Below, piece by piece: positions 1 to 8,872 of a stretch of DNA of 64,000 bases. Below the pieces are notes generated by a model. The model saw only the letters and a list, made by a program, of their open reading frames with translations, was not told where the DNA came from and ran no database searches. The stretch is from Terriglobales bacterium. Its GTDB lineage: Bacteria > Acidobacteriota > Terriglobia > Terriglobales > Acidobacteriaceae. Numbering within the stretch: position 1 is the stretch's first letter; every line of letters begins with the position of its first letter. The stretch lies in contig DATFTE010000140.1 of assembly GCA_035262225.1 (NCBI GenBank), positions 155 to 64,154 on the forward strand. Reading direction: 5' to 3'. A program made the translations under genes and the position numbers.

Positions 1-318
1 AATCTGCTGAAACGTCAGATTGCCCTTCCAGACCTTCTCTTGGTCATTCCATATCCCGTCGTAGCTAAAGTTGAGCTTGTTCACTGCAAAGTGCAAATGT
101 GTCCCGTCGGACGTGATTTGATCGAGAACAGTTTCGTTGCCGCTGGGGTTGATAAGCTTTCCGCTAAAGCCGGGGCCGATCCTTTCGAAGTAGATGCGGA
201 CCTTGAAACCTCCGTTCATCTGGCCGATCCAATCGCCCGCAAGATCTTGGGCAAGGGCCAACGATGTGATCCCATATGCCGACAACAAGATGAAAAAGAC
301 GATTTTTCGCACAAACAC
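1..318 (-). CDS. secreted protein, N-terminal 106 aa (gene continues beyond left edge of window)
   Basis: The reverse complement of 1-318 is an open frame. It is missing from the ORF track because the window truncates it: VFVRKIVFFILLSAYGITSLALAQDLAGDWIGQMNGGFKVRIYFERIGPGFSGKLINPSG... GTG start at 318, preceded by an in-frame TGA. Signal peptide ends LALA-QD. Family cannot be assigned from this fragment. Confidence 0.6.
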   Translation of the reverse strand, partial: MFVRKIVFFILLSAYGITSLALAQDLAGDWIGQMNGGFKVRIYFERIGPGFSGKLINPSGNETVLDQITSDGTHLHFAVNKLNFSYDGIWNDQEKVWKGNLTFQQI

Positions 319-348
319 TCTTTCTTTTCAGTTGTGGACACGAATATC

Positions 349-546
349 TCAAATCGCAACTTGGTTCAACATAGTACTGAAAAGTGGCGGCTCCGTTCTC
401 GAACAGTTCCTTTGCCAGCGGTAGAGCACGGTCGGGCGCAGGCCCAGCTCTTCACACAACTCCGAGACTGGCATTTTGTCCAAAAGATGCCGCCTCAGGA
501 TGGCTACCTTTTCTTCTGGGGTGAAATGCTTCCGTTCCTTCCTCAT
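349..546 (-). pseudogene. IS3-family transposase OrfA (HTH) fragment
   Basis: MRKERKHFTPEEKVAILRRHLLDKMPVSELCEELGLRPTVLYRWQ matches the N-terminal helix-turn-helix of IS3/IS911-type OrfA. Similarity stops after WQR and the ORF ends 20 codons later. There is no OrfB or integrase part. Confidence 0.7.
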
Positions 547-598
547 ATGTTCCCTCCGCTATCTTAACGGACGAACGCTGTTCTCCATTTCCAACTGA

Positions 599-690
599 GG
601 CAAGACAAGCAAGGCCGGCTACAAGATCTTTGAGCGTTACCAGCGATGCGGACTGGAAGGATTAAGTGACCGAGTTCGCCGGCCTTTTGC
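599..690 (+). pseudogene. IS481-like transposase N-terminal HTH fragment
   Basis: Translation GKTSKAGYKIFERYQRCGLEGLSDRVRRP resembles the conserved TGYKIF.RY...GLEGL.DRSRRP start of IS481-type transposases. It has no start codon, no DDE domain, and a stop at 737-739. Confidence 0.5.
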
Positions 691-807
691 TAATTGCCGT
701 TGTCAGCGGGTCAGTTTCCGGTTCTCAGCGCATCCCTAGGTCATTAAACGCGGAGCAAAATTTGAGGTCGACGTCTGCGTGTTTCTCAGGCTGGAAGTAG
801 GTAGGAA

Positions 808-1548
808 CTATTCGGTCGTTTCTACGCTTTGCGGAGCCACGGGTTTGCGACGACGCCAAGCGTTAAGGCAGCACGATCCCAAACTGAGTACGCCCAACGA
901 CGGCTGGCTTGAATTGAGCTCAGTTTCGTTCGCCGAACTCGCGTCAGTCACGCCAGATCCGGTATCACCAGCCAAGATGGTTTTGTTCGGCTGTGTCTCG
1001 TATGCGAAACCCGTAAGCTGAAGGGTGAGATGACTGGTAAAATCCCCGCGTGTCGCGATTCGCGCCCATCCGTAGTGAAGCTGTCCATTGATTTTGAATC
1101 GCAGGCCTAGGAACTTATTCTGGAGCCGAAAAGGAGTTCCGCTCGGAATGAACACATCCTGGTACCGAAACGGCTGCACAACACCTGTACCAATAGGATA
1201 ATTTCGCGGTAGGCGGTAGGCCCAGTGACTACTCTTGGCGCTTACGATCACGCCAGCCGCAGAACTGCCACCTTTGACGGTGATTACTCTGACGGTAGAG
1301 CTTGTACCAAACGAGTAGTTGTGCAGTTTGAAATCAGGACTACCGTCATGGTTCAGGTCAATATTGAGAAATCCGTGCGTAAACGTCGTTTGCGTCTTGG
1401 TGAATACAATCGATGCGCTGGCAGGTGTTGTCAACACTACGGCTCCCGCTGTCGCGACGGCATAGGCCAGAAGCCGATTTTCGACAGCTTTGGATAGCAC
1501 TTCAGAAATCCGCATTCCGTGCCGTGGAGATCTGATTTTGGAAGCCAT
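808..1548 (-). CDS. secreted protein with PEP-CTERM-like C-terminal sorting signal
   Basis: ORF 808..1614. Start moved to ATG 1548, which has an AAGGTGG Shine-Dalgarno upstream. Signal-like LLAYAVATAGAVVLTTPASA. Beta-rich body with GQLHYGWARI. C-terminus SQPSLGVLSLGSCCLNAWRRRK has a degenerate PEP, a hydrophobic stretch and an Arg cluster, followed by 12 extra residues. Confidence 0.6.
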   Translation of the reverse strand: MASKIRSPRHGMRISEVLSKAVENRLLAYAVATAGAVVLTTPASASIVFTKTQTTFTHGFLNIDLNHDGSPDFKLHNYSFGTSSTVRVITVKGGSSAAGVIVSAKSSHWAYRLPRNYPIGTGVVQPFRYQDVFIPSGTPFRLQNKFLGLRFKINGQLHYGWARIATRGDFTSHLTLQLTGFAYETQPNKTILAGDTGSGVTDASSANETELNSSQPSLGVLSLGSCCLNAWRRRKPVAPQSVETTE

Positions 1549-2377
1549 AGCCACCACCTTCATATCGTGTTGTTGCAGCTCGAAACCGGCGAAAATGCTA
1601 GGGCCACAACGCACGCTCTGTCAATAGAGATGAAAGTTATTCCCGCTACGAAAACAGAGACGCTGAGCATTCGCGGCTGACTTTCAATGCTCGCAGTGAC
1701 GGCCGCCCGCCCGTTTGTCTCAATGACCGAATCCTATGGTCAATTGGTGAAATCGAGACTTGACGTCAATTGACTCTCCAAAAAAAGCGTAGTAGCACGT
1801 TCAAACATTTCTGATTCAAGAACGTCCAACCTGACATGATGCGCTACATCCACAGCCACAAATGGATCACAGTATTTTCCATATTGGGAGGATTGCGCGC
1901 TCTTAGTTGGCTCCGGCCGTCAACCGCTCAGATTCGCGGCGTTCTCGCTGCCCAAGTTGACATACCACGCGGACGATATGAAATCCTCGGTAGGGGATTG
2001 CCTAGCCCCTGGCGGTCCAAATGCCCGTTGCCTCCGCGAGCAATACAGGGTCGAAGTTCGTCCAGTTGCAGGCTGCATTGTGTCGGAAGCCCTCTCTCCT
2101 ATGTCGACGCTTATGATTCAGCAGTTGAGGAGGCCGCACGCGCAAGTTCAGGCATGACATATCTCAGGAGGGTTCCGACAAAGCAACAGCACAATGGAAG
2201 GACAAAAGAGCGGCCGACGGGATTTTGCTTTACAACTCAGCGTGATCGTAGTAATCAGCCGCGAGAGAGAGTCATATGACCACGCGATTGAGTGCTGCCG
2301 AAGACGAAAGCGGCACCGAAGGGGTGAAGTTCACAGCCTGTCAGAATTCAGGTCACAGGACACGCCTGCCCAGAGGG

Positions 2378-3604
2378 ATGTTTTTCGTTCGACGAATCCG
2401 GTGCTGGAGACTTTTCCTGGTCATGCTGGTCGCGTCGACCGTATCTCGCGGTCAATCACCAGTCACTGCGAAAGTCTCGATTGCAGCGGGCAGTAAAACC
2501 TCGACTACGCTACCCTTCGAATTGATCGACAACCGCGTGTTTGTAGAAGTTCACCTCAATGGACGAGGTCCGTTCCACTTCATCCTGGATACTGGCGCAA
2601 ATGGGTTTTCGCTTACCGACACGACCGTCCAGAAGCTCGGTCTGAAGATGGAGGATGCGGGCGTTGCGTCCGGCGTTGGAGAAAAGACGGTTCACGTGAG
2701 CAAGGCTCACCTCAGGGAAGCTCAGCTCGGAAACTTGCAGTTCCGTGACCTCGAAACTGAAGTGCTTCCAGGAGGCGACGCAGTTAACGTGTTCGGTACG
2801 AAACCTGTTGACGGCGTGGTGGGGCTGGAGGTGTTCCAGCGCGTCGTTGTCAAACATGACTACGTCCGGAGAGTCTTGACCTTCAGTCTGCCTGACAAGT
2901 TCGACTATCGAGGGGCGGGAGTGATCGTGCCTTTTGAACGTCCGCGCCAGATCCCGGTCATCGACGCCGAACTAGACGGAGTTCGAGGCAAATTCGGCGT
3001 CGACACCGGCGCGCGCTCTTCTTTGTTGCTTTACACCCCGTTCGTCGATGAGAACCGGCTCAGGGAAAAATATGGCGCCCGTCTCGAAGGTGTCACGGGC
3101 TGGGGAATCGGGGGACCGGTTCGCTCTCTTCTTGCTCGAGCGGCCGAACTTAAGATCGGCAATGTAGTTGTGCGTGATCTTGTGGTTCGCTTGTCAACTC
3201 AGAAGCACGGTCTGACTACCTCATCCGCCATGGCAGGCTTGATCGGGCCCGACGTACTTTCTCAGTTCGACGTCACCTTCGACTATTCGCGAAGCCGAAT
3301 CATCTTTGAGAAAAACTCGCGGTACGGCCGTCGCGATAGTTACGACCGCGCTGGCTTGTGGATGGGGCAGAGGGGCGAGCACTTTTTTGCTGTAGACGTC
3401 ATCGCTGGCGGTCCGGCCGCAGATGCGGGTGTCCGACAAGACGATATAATCTTAGCAATTGACGGCATTGACACTGCTAAATTGATTCTGCCTGACGTGA
3501 GAGAAAAGATTCGTCGGGAACCCGTCGGCCAGAAGATAACCCTCCTGCTTGATTCAGCGGGCAAGCGTCACAGTGTCGTTTTCAAACTACGAGACCTCGT
3601 CTGA
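2378..3604 (+). CDS. retropepsin-like aspartyl protease (two DTG lobes) with C-terminal PDZ domain
   Basis: ORF 2276..3604. Likely start is ATG 2378 (AGAGGG RBS), giving signal peptide MFFVRRIRCWRLFLVMLVASTVS. Two catalytic motifs, FILDTGA and FGVDTGA. PDZ signature GGPAADAGVRQDDIILAIDG. Confidence 0.8.
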   Translation: MFFVRRIRCWRLFLVMLVASTVSRGQSPVTAKVSIAAGSKTSTTLPFELIDNRVFVEVHLNGRGPFHFILDTGANGFSLTDTTVQKLGLKMEDAGVASGVGEKTVHVSKAHLREAQLGNLQFRDLETEVLPGGDAVNVFGTKPVDGVVGLEVFQRVVVKHDYVRRVLTFSLPDKFDYRGAGVIVPFERPRQIPVIDAELDGVRGKFGVDTGARSSLLLYTPFVDENRLREKYGARLEGVTGWGIGGPVRSLLARAAELKIGNVVVRDLVVRLSTQKHGLTTSSAMAGLIGPDVLSQFDVTFDYSRSRIIFEKNSRYGRRDSYDRAGLWMGQRGEHFFAVDVIAGGPAADAGVRQDDIILAIDGIDTAKLILPDVREKIRREPVGQKITLLLDSAGKRHSVVFKLRDLV

Positions 3605-3671
3605 ATCAAACTGTCGAAATCAGGCACTTACGCTCGGAACCATTTTGGTTATGAGTGAAATAAGGATTTTT

Positions 3672-4212
3672 GTGCGCGGGATAAACCGGCATGAACGTAG
3701 AGGATGAAAGAGCCTCACAAGTAAGGAGTAGCAATCGACTTGGCCTCGAGTCTTGCGCTGCTACCGTGAGGGGAAGCAGCGATAGCGCTAGCTCCTGTCC
3801 GGTCCGGCGGAGTCGAAGACCCCAGGCACGCCTAGAAACTTCATGCACGAGAACCGGGAACCTCGGAACCTGCAGCCCACCAGACAGCGGGTCGGCGGGT
3901 GAAGGCTTAGGCCACACGGCCCGCGTGCACGTCTGCGAGGAGTCACACTGCGGCATAGCACCGATGAATCATTCGAACAAAGACGGAGCATCGTCGGCGG
4001 AGTGAGCAAGGAAGGCTGCGGCTCAAGGAGAACACTCCTCCCCTTCGACACGTACCCGACACCGAGCGGGACTACGGGTGTCCCACAAGCGGGCGAGTGT
4101 GCGAACAAGCGAAACGGGTGGCCGCCAATCTGCGAGAAGAACCGGATGCGGTAAGGAGCGCTCGTCCGGGTACGTGCTGGGGGCACCAGGCAACTGGTGT
4201 CCCTACCGCGAT
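3672..4212 (+). ncRNA. candidate structured RNA, group II intron-like (ORF-less, possibly degenerate)
   Basis: ORF-free GC-rich spacer. GUGCG at 3672-3676 follows a T5 run. A domain-V-sized hairpin lies at 4139-4173: 2-nt bulge on the 3' strand, 14-nt distal stem-loop. A GCAA-capped hairpin lies at 4179-4204, and GAU at 4210-4212. The catalytic triad reads AAC, not AGC, and there is no RT ORF. The class is unproven. Confidence 0.3.
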
Positions 4213-4325
4213 CGCCAACAACCAGCGACAACCAATTAACCTTCAGGTACGATTGCAGTCCATTGCTGACCCTAGGCGCTCAACGTTCGCCGTGGCTCGA
4301 TCTAGTGGACGGAGCGCTCTTTACT

Positions 4326-5408
4326 ATGGTCTTGGCACATTCAGCGCGCTCTCCCTGGTGGTCCTGGACCTGGCCTGCATTGGGGCTACTCATTCTTTTG
4401 GTGCATCTCGTGTACAGGCCCAGCAGTGTGCTCACTGGGGCGGAAGCTTTTGCATTGATCGCGACCGTTTTTGCCGGCGTGTATCATGCCGAGGTCGTCG
4501 CCCTTCGTGTCGGTGAGCCCTTCGGCACCCTGGTGCTGGCTGTCGCGGTAACAACTATTGAAGTGGCCCTCATCGTCTCCGTGATGATTACAGGGGGAAC
4601 AGAAACAGCCGGCCTGGCACGAGACACCCTTTTTTCCGCTGTCATGATTGTCTGCAACGGCATTATCGGCACCTGCCTTCTGGTTGGTGGCCTGCGTCAT
4701 CACGAGCAGGGCTTTCAATTGCGCGGTGCAAATGCAGCTCTTTCAGTTCTAATCGCGCTAACGACGCTGACTTTCATTCTTCCCAATGTCACTACCGGAG
4801 AGGCGACCTTCAGTCCCTCTCTACTCACCTTTGAGGCCATCGTCTCCTTGATCCTTTACGGTTCATACGTGTTTGTGCAGACAATCCGCCACCGCGACTA
4901 TTTTCTTCCCGTGGCTGTGGATGGCGAACAAGCGCATGTGCCTCCGCCACCGAACAAAGTTGCGCTGGCCAGCACGGGATTGCTGCTCGGATCATTAGTC
5001 GTAGTCGTGGCGTTGGCAAAGGTGCTCACCCCCGCCGTCGAGCACGGGATTGAAGCGATAGGTGCGCCTAAAAGCGTCGTTGGAATCATCATCGCCGGAT
5101 TGGTCCTTCTTCCCGAAGGCCTAGCCTCCTATCGCGCGGCAACTGCGAATCGTCTGCAAACCAGCGTAAACCTGGCCCTCGGGTCAGCCTTGGCAAGCAT
5201 TGGACTGACCATTCCGGCTGTCGCCGTCATTTCGCTTCTTCTCAGCAAACCACTCACACTCGGCCTCGACCCCAAGGAAGAAGTCCTCCTTGTCCTGACC
5301 CTTGTTGTTAGTATCCTCACCCTTGGAACAGGTCGCACGACTGTGTTGCAAGGGATGGTCCACATCATCATTTTCGCGGTGTTCCTTTTTCTTGCTGTAG
5401 TGCCGTAG
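4326..5408 (+). CDS. Ca2+/H+ antiporter, CaCA family (ChaA-like)
   Basis: ORF 4197..5408, start taken at ATG 4326. Polytopic membrane protein with the two CaCA alpha-repeat regions GEPFGTLVLAVAVTTIEVALIVSV and GLVLLPEGLASYRAA. Confidence 0.8.
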   Translation: MVLAHSARSPWWSWTWPALGLLILLVHLVYRPSSVLTGAEAFALIATVFAGVYHAEVVALRVGEPFGTLVLAVAVTTIEVALIVSVMITGGTETAGLARDTLFSAVMIVCNGIIGTCLLVGGLRHHEQGFQLRGANAALSVLIALTTLTFILPNVTTGEATFSPSLLTFEAIVSLILYGSYVFVQTIRHRDYFLPVAVDGEQAHVPPPPNKVALASTGLLLGSLVVVVALAKVLTPAVEHGIEAIGAPKSVVGIIIAGLVLLPEGLASYRAATANRLQTSVNLALGSALASIGLTIPAVAVISLLLSKPLTLGLDPKEEVLLVLTLVVSILTLGTGRTTVLQGMVHIIIFAVFLFLAVVP

Positions 5409-5657
5409 CTTCTACGTTTCCCTTGAAGCCGCGCCTCAGCTGGCGATAAGAGGCGTTTTGGACGCTTTTGTCTCCAAAATGGATTCCATGATTAATTTGC
5501 CCTGGGGATCCATTACTCCAGCCGAGATTTTTGCTTTGTGAACGTCGAGCCATACTTTTCGCTGCTCATCGAGGGTGCTCCCTTCGCAGGTGCATGCGCA
5601 TCATGACAACCTAGTTTTAAAAGGGGCGCCCTCTTAACAATGCGATTATAGGGTGTT

Positions 5658-8159
5658 TTATTGTGTCACTCCGGTGCCGGTGAGACTGATCTTCTGGAAC
5701 TTCCCGGCGGCATCGTCGCGCACCACCAGACTTCCGTTGCGTACCCCGCTTGTCGTAGGCGTGAAAGTCACCCTAAAAATGCAGAACGCACCCTCCGCCA
5801 AGGTCTGTGGCGGAATGGGACAACTGTTAATCTCAGCATAATCCCCGGTCACACTCACAGACGATATGGCCGTCGGTGCGCTGCCAGGATTGCTGAACCG
5901 GACGGTCATGGGGTTGCTGGTGGTCCCAATCTTTTGTTGTCCGAAATTGAGCCGGGACGGCGAAATGGCGACGTTTGGAACATTGGGATACACCGACACG
6001 GTGCTGTCGGCAAAATTGGCCACCGCCATTCCGACCGCGCCCACTCCGTTGAAGTCTGCTAAGGCAATCCCCACCGCATTCGTTCCGACCTGATATTCAA
6101 CATGCGCTTGCAGAGTTCCGTCGCCGTTTCCGCGTAACACCGATACCTGGCTGGCGAAGGTGCTGGCTGACAGCAGATCGGCTTTGCCATCACCGTTCAG
6201 GTCTGCGATGGCAACAAAATCAGGAGAATTCGATGTGGCGTAATCAACGTGCTTCTGGAAGGAGCCGTCTCCGTTGCCAATCAGCACAGAGACGTTATCA
6301 TTGTTGAAATTGGCGGTCGCCATGTCGAGCTTGCCATCACCGTTGAAGTCGCCGGCGGCGACCGAGAGTGGCTCCAACCCCGAAGCGAAATCAGTATGTG
6401 TGCCGAATGTGCCATCGCCGTTTCCCAACAGCACGGATATAGAGTTCCCGGCGGCGTTGGCGGTGATTAAATCCTGGTTACCGTCTCCATTTACATCTTG
6501 CGCAATGACTGCCGCCGGAGAGCTGCCCGTGGTGAAGTTCATTTTCGTCTGAAATGTTCCATCGCCATTACCGAGCAAGACCGATACGGTGGAAGGTCCA
6601 GCCGCCACAGCGAGATCGATCTTGCCGTCATGATTGAAGTCGCCGGTCGTCACATAAATTGGGCTTGTCGCCGTGGAAAAATCCATCTTCGCCTGAAAGG
6701 TGCCGTCACCCTTACCCAGCAGAACCGACACGTTATTGCCGCTGATGTTGGCAACTGCCAGGTCCATCTTTCCATCGCCGTTGAAATCCGCCGCAGCAAC
6801 CGACTCCGGCGCGCTTCCTGTTGCGAAATCCATGTGGTTCGTGAAAGTCCCGTTATCATTGTTTAACAGTACTGACACGGTATTAACTGCGCTGTTGGCC
6901 GTGGCCAGATCCGGCTTGCCGTCACCGTTGAAGTCCGCAGCGGCCACTGAAAACGGATTGGTTCCCACCGCGAAGTCCGAGCGCGGGCTGAAGGTGCCGT
7001 TTCCGTTTCCGAGCAAGATGGTTACCGTGTTCGCCCCAGGGTCGGCAACTGCGAGGTCCAGCTTGCTGTCACCGTCGAAGTCACCGACGGTAACGAAATA
7101 CGTGGAAGTACCGGTTCCATACTCAACGTGCGTCTGGAATGTCCCATCCCCGTTGCCCAGCAGAATTGAGACGGAATTGTCATTTGTGCCGTTATTTGCG
7201 GCCACGATGTCAAGTTTCTTGTCTTTATTGAAATCAGCTACCGCAACCGAGCTGGGTGCCCCTAATACGGCAAAATCCTGATGTGCCTGGAACGTGCCGT
7301 CGCCCTTGCCCAACAGAACCGAGACGAAATTGGATCCTCCATCAGCCACCACCAGGTCTGGCTTACGATCACCGTTTACATCGGCAATGACCAGGGCTTT
7401 TGGACCGCTTGCCGTCGCGTAATTCACCGCGGGCTGAAAGCTGCCGTCTCCATTGCCCAGCAGAACCGACGCGTCATTGCCGACGCTGAGGGGGAAAAAA
7501 TTGACGGTGACCACATCCGGCTTGCCGTCGCCGTTGAGATCGTCCACGGCCACGGCGAGGGGGCTGATATCAGTCGGGTATTGAACTTGGCTATTCAGAG
7601 TGCCATTGCCATTCCCCAGCAGGACCGATATCGAACCGGAACTGCATATATTCGAGCCGCAGGTTTCATTGGAAACGACGACGTCAGGCTTCCCATCGTC
7701 GTTCAGATCGGCAATAGCAACACCGATTGGTTCCGGCCCGGTTGCGTAGTCGACGTGCGTCTGAAATGTGCCGTCACCGTTGCCGAGCAGGACCGACACT
7801 GTATTGTCAGTTTGATTAGTGACCACAATGTCCAAGTGGCCGTCTTGGTTGAGATCACCGAGCGCAACTCCTACAGGCGCTGTTCCGGTGGCGAAGGTCT
7901 TCTGGGTGGCAAAGGTTCGATTCGATTTTGCCAACAGAATGGAAACGGTGTTGTCAAGTCCATTGGCAATTACCAAGTCTGGCAGACCATCGCCGTTCAC
8001 GTCGCCTTGGGCCACCGCCACGGGCTCCGAACCAGTCTTGAAATCAGCCCGGTTAAACAGATATGTCTGGGCTGAGGAAATCGAGACCAGAAGCATTAGA
8101 CAGACGAGCAAGTAAATCATCGATACGAGGCGCCAATTTGGAACCTGATGGGTGGGCAT
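5658..8159 (-). CDS. FG-GAP/VCBS repeat protein (13 repeats) with C-terminal choice-of-anchor-D-like Ig domain
   Basis: ORF 5658..8555. Start placed at ATG 8159 (MPTHQVPNWRLVSMIYLLVCLMLLVSISSAQ signal peptide). Thirteen roughly 60-aa units of the form DxNxDGxxDLxxxN...VSVLLGNGDGTFQ. C-terminus NFGQQKIGTTSNPMTVRFSNPGSAP...SLTGTG. Confidence 0.85.
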   Translation of the reverse strand: MPTHQVPNWRLVSMIYLLVCLMLLVSISSAQTYLFNRADFKTGSEPVAVAQGDVNGDGLPDLVIANGLDNTVSILLAKSNRTFATQKTFATGTAPVGVALGDLNQDGHLDIVVTNQTDNTVSVLLGNGDGTFQTHVDYATGPEPIGVAIADLNDDGKPDVVVSNETCGSNICSSGSISVLLGNGNGTLNSQVQYPTDISPLAVAVDDLNGDGKPDVVTVNFFPLSVGNDASVLLGNGDGSFQPAVNYATASGPKALVIADVNGDRKPDLVVADGGSNFVSVLLGKGDGTFQAHQDFAVLGAPSSVAVADFNKDKKLDIVAANNGTNDNSVSILLGNGDGTFQTHVEYGTGTSTYFVTVGDFDGDSKLDLAVADPGANTVTILLGNGNGTFSPRSDFAVGTNPFSVAAADFNGDGKPDLATANSAVNTVSVLLNNDNGTFTNHMDFATGSAPESVAAADFNGDGKMDLAVANISGNNVSVLLGKGDGTFQAKMDFSTATSPIYVTTGDFNHDGKIDLAVAAGPSTVSVLLGNGDGTFQTKMNFTTGSSPAAVIAQDVNGDGNQDLITANAAGNSISVLLGNGDGTFGTHTDFASGLEPLSVAAGDFNGDGKLDMATANFNNDNVSVLIGNGDGSFQKHVDYATSNSPDFVAIADLNGDGKADLLSASTFASQVSVLRGNGDGTLQAHVEYQVGTNAVGIALADFNGVGAVGMAVANFADSTVSVYPNVPNVAISPSRLNFGQQKIGTTSNPMTVRFSNPGSAPTAISSVSVTGDYAEINSCPIPPQTLAEGAFCIFRVTFTPTTSGVRNGSLVVRDDAAGKFQKISLTGTGVTQ

Positions 8160-8392
8160 GGGAATCGAAAATCTCCTTGCAGATAATCTGAGCTCTAGGG
8201 CCGCGATTGTATCGAAACGGCCGGACGAACGCGAGATGCGCAAATCTTTGCGTACAGCTCTTGCGGGTGTTTCAGTAAGTGGATCCCTCGCAGCACGAGC
8301 GGAGCGGAAGCTTCGACCAATGTCGCGATCGCACGCGCACCCACTGATTACGGTCCCGCAGGAGGCTTCGTAGGTCTCGTTGTCCACTCGAC

Positions 8393-8725
8393 GGGCATCC
8401 AGATCTTCAAAAAGCGATCCTCCACCAACAGCTTTAACAGCAACCCTGCATCCCGCCGATCGTGCTTCTTTTTTCGCGTTTCCCGGGCTCGGTTCTTGGC
8501 CGGATGTCCTACCCGATACTCGATGCCCAACTCTTCCAGCAATTCCAGGAACCACTGCATCGCTCCTATGCCTTCGCGGCCCACCACCACTCGACCCTCC
8601 AGGGCTCCGTAAAACTCGCGTACTACATTCCCTTCGTGGGCCAGTGTCTTGACCCGCCGCTTTCGCTGTCGCAGCATCGCTATGGTTTGTTGTCTTGGGT
8701 GCAGATCGCAGCTACAATCTTCACC
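8393..8725 (-). pseudogene. IS110-family transposase N-terminal (DEDD) fragment
   Basis: Within ORF 8348..9046: CDLHPRQQTIAML...VVVGREGIGAMQWFLELLEELGIEYRVGHPAKNRARETRKKKHDRRDAGLLLKLLVEDRFLKIWMP aligns with the IS110 N-terminal domain. It has no start codon and no C-terminal transposase domain. Confidence 0.7.
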
Positions 8726-8872
8726 TCGGCCTCCTTCGTCCCGAGCCTTTTGGTTGGATACCGCAGAGTCTACTCGGGTCCTTTCGGAGGCCGACGTCGT
8801 TATGACATCAGTCATTCGGACTCGAAGGCTGCGCCCCTGTGCTAGCCTTCCGCATTGCAACGGAGGGCCTAA

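Noticed and set aside
40-567. 175-aa plus-strand ORF at the left edge
   Set aside because: It overlaps, on the opposite strand, both the signal-peptide-bearing partial gene (1-318) and the IS3 OrfA fragment. It has no motifs.
3605-4325. RNase P RNA, tmRNA, yybP-ykoY (Mn) or M-box riboswitch as the identity of the structured spacer
   Set aside because: Some local resemblance exists (GCGGUAAGGAGCGC, ACAAGCGAAAC, GGAGUAGC). However, the invariant RNase P GAGGAAAGUCC element is absent on both strands. The tmRNA acceptor/T-arm and the riboswitch core motifs are also absent.
8160-8555. 132-aa N-terminal extension of the FG-GAP ORF
   Set aside because: A signal peptide begins right after ATG 8159. 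The extension has no features and runs into IS110 debris.
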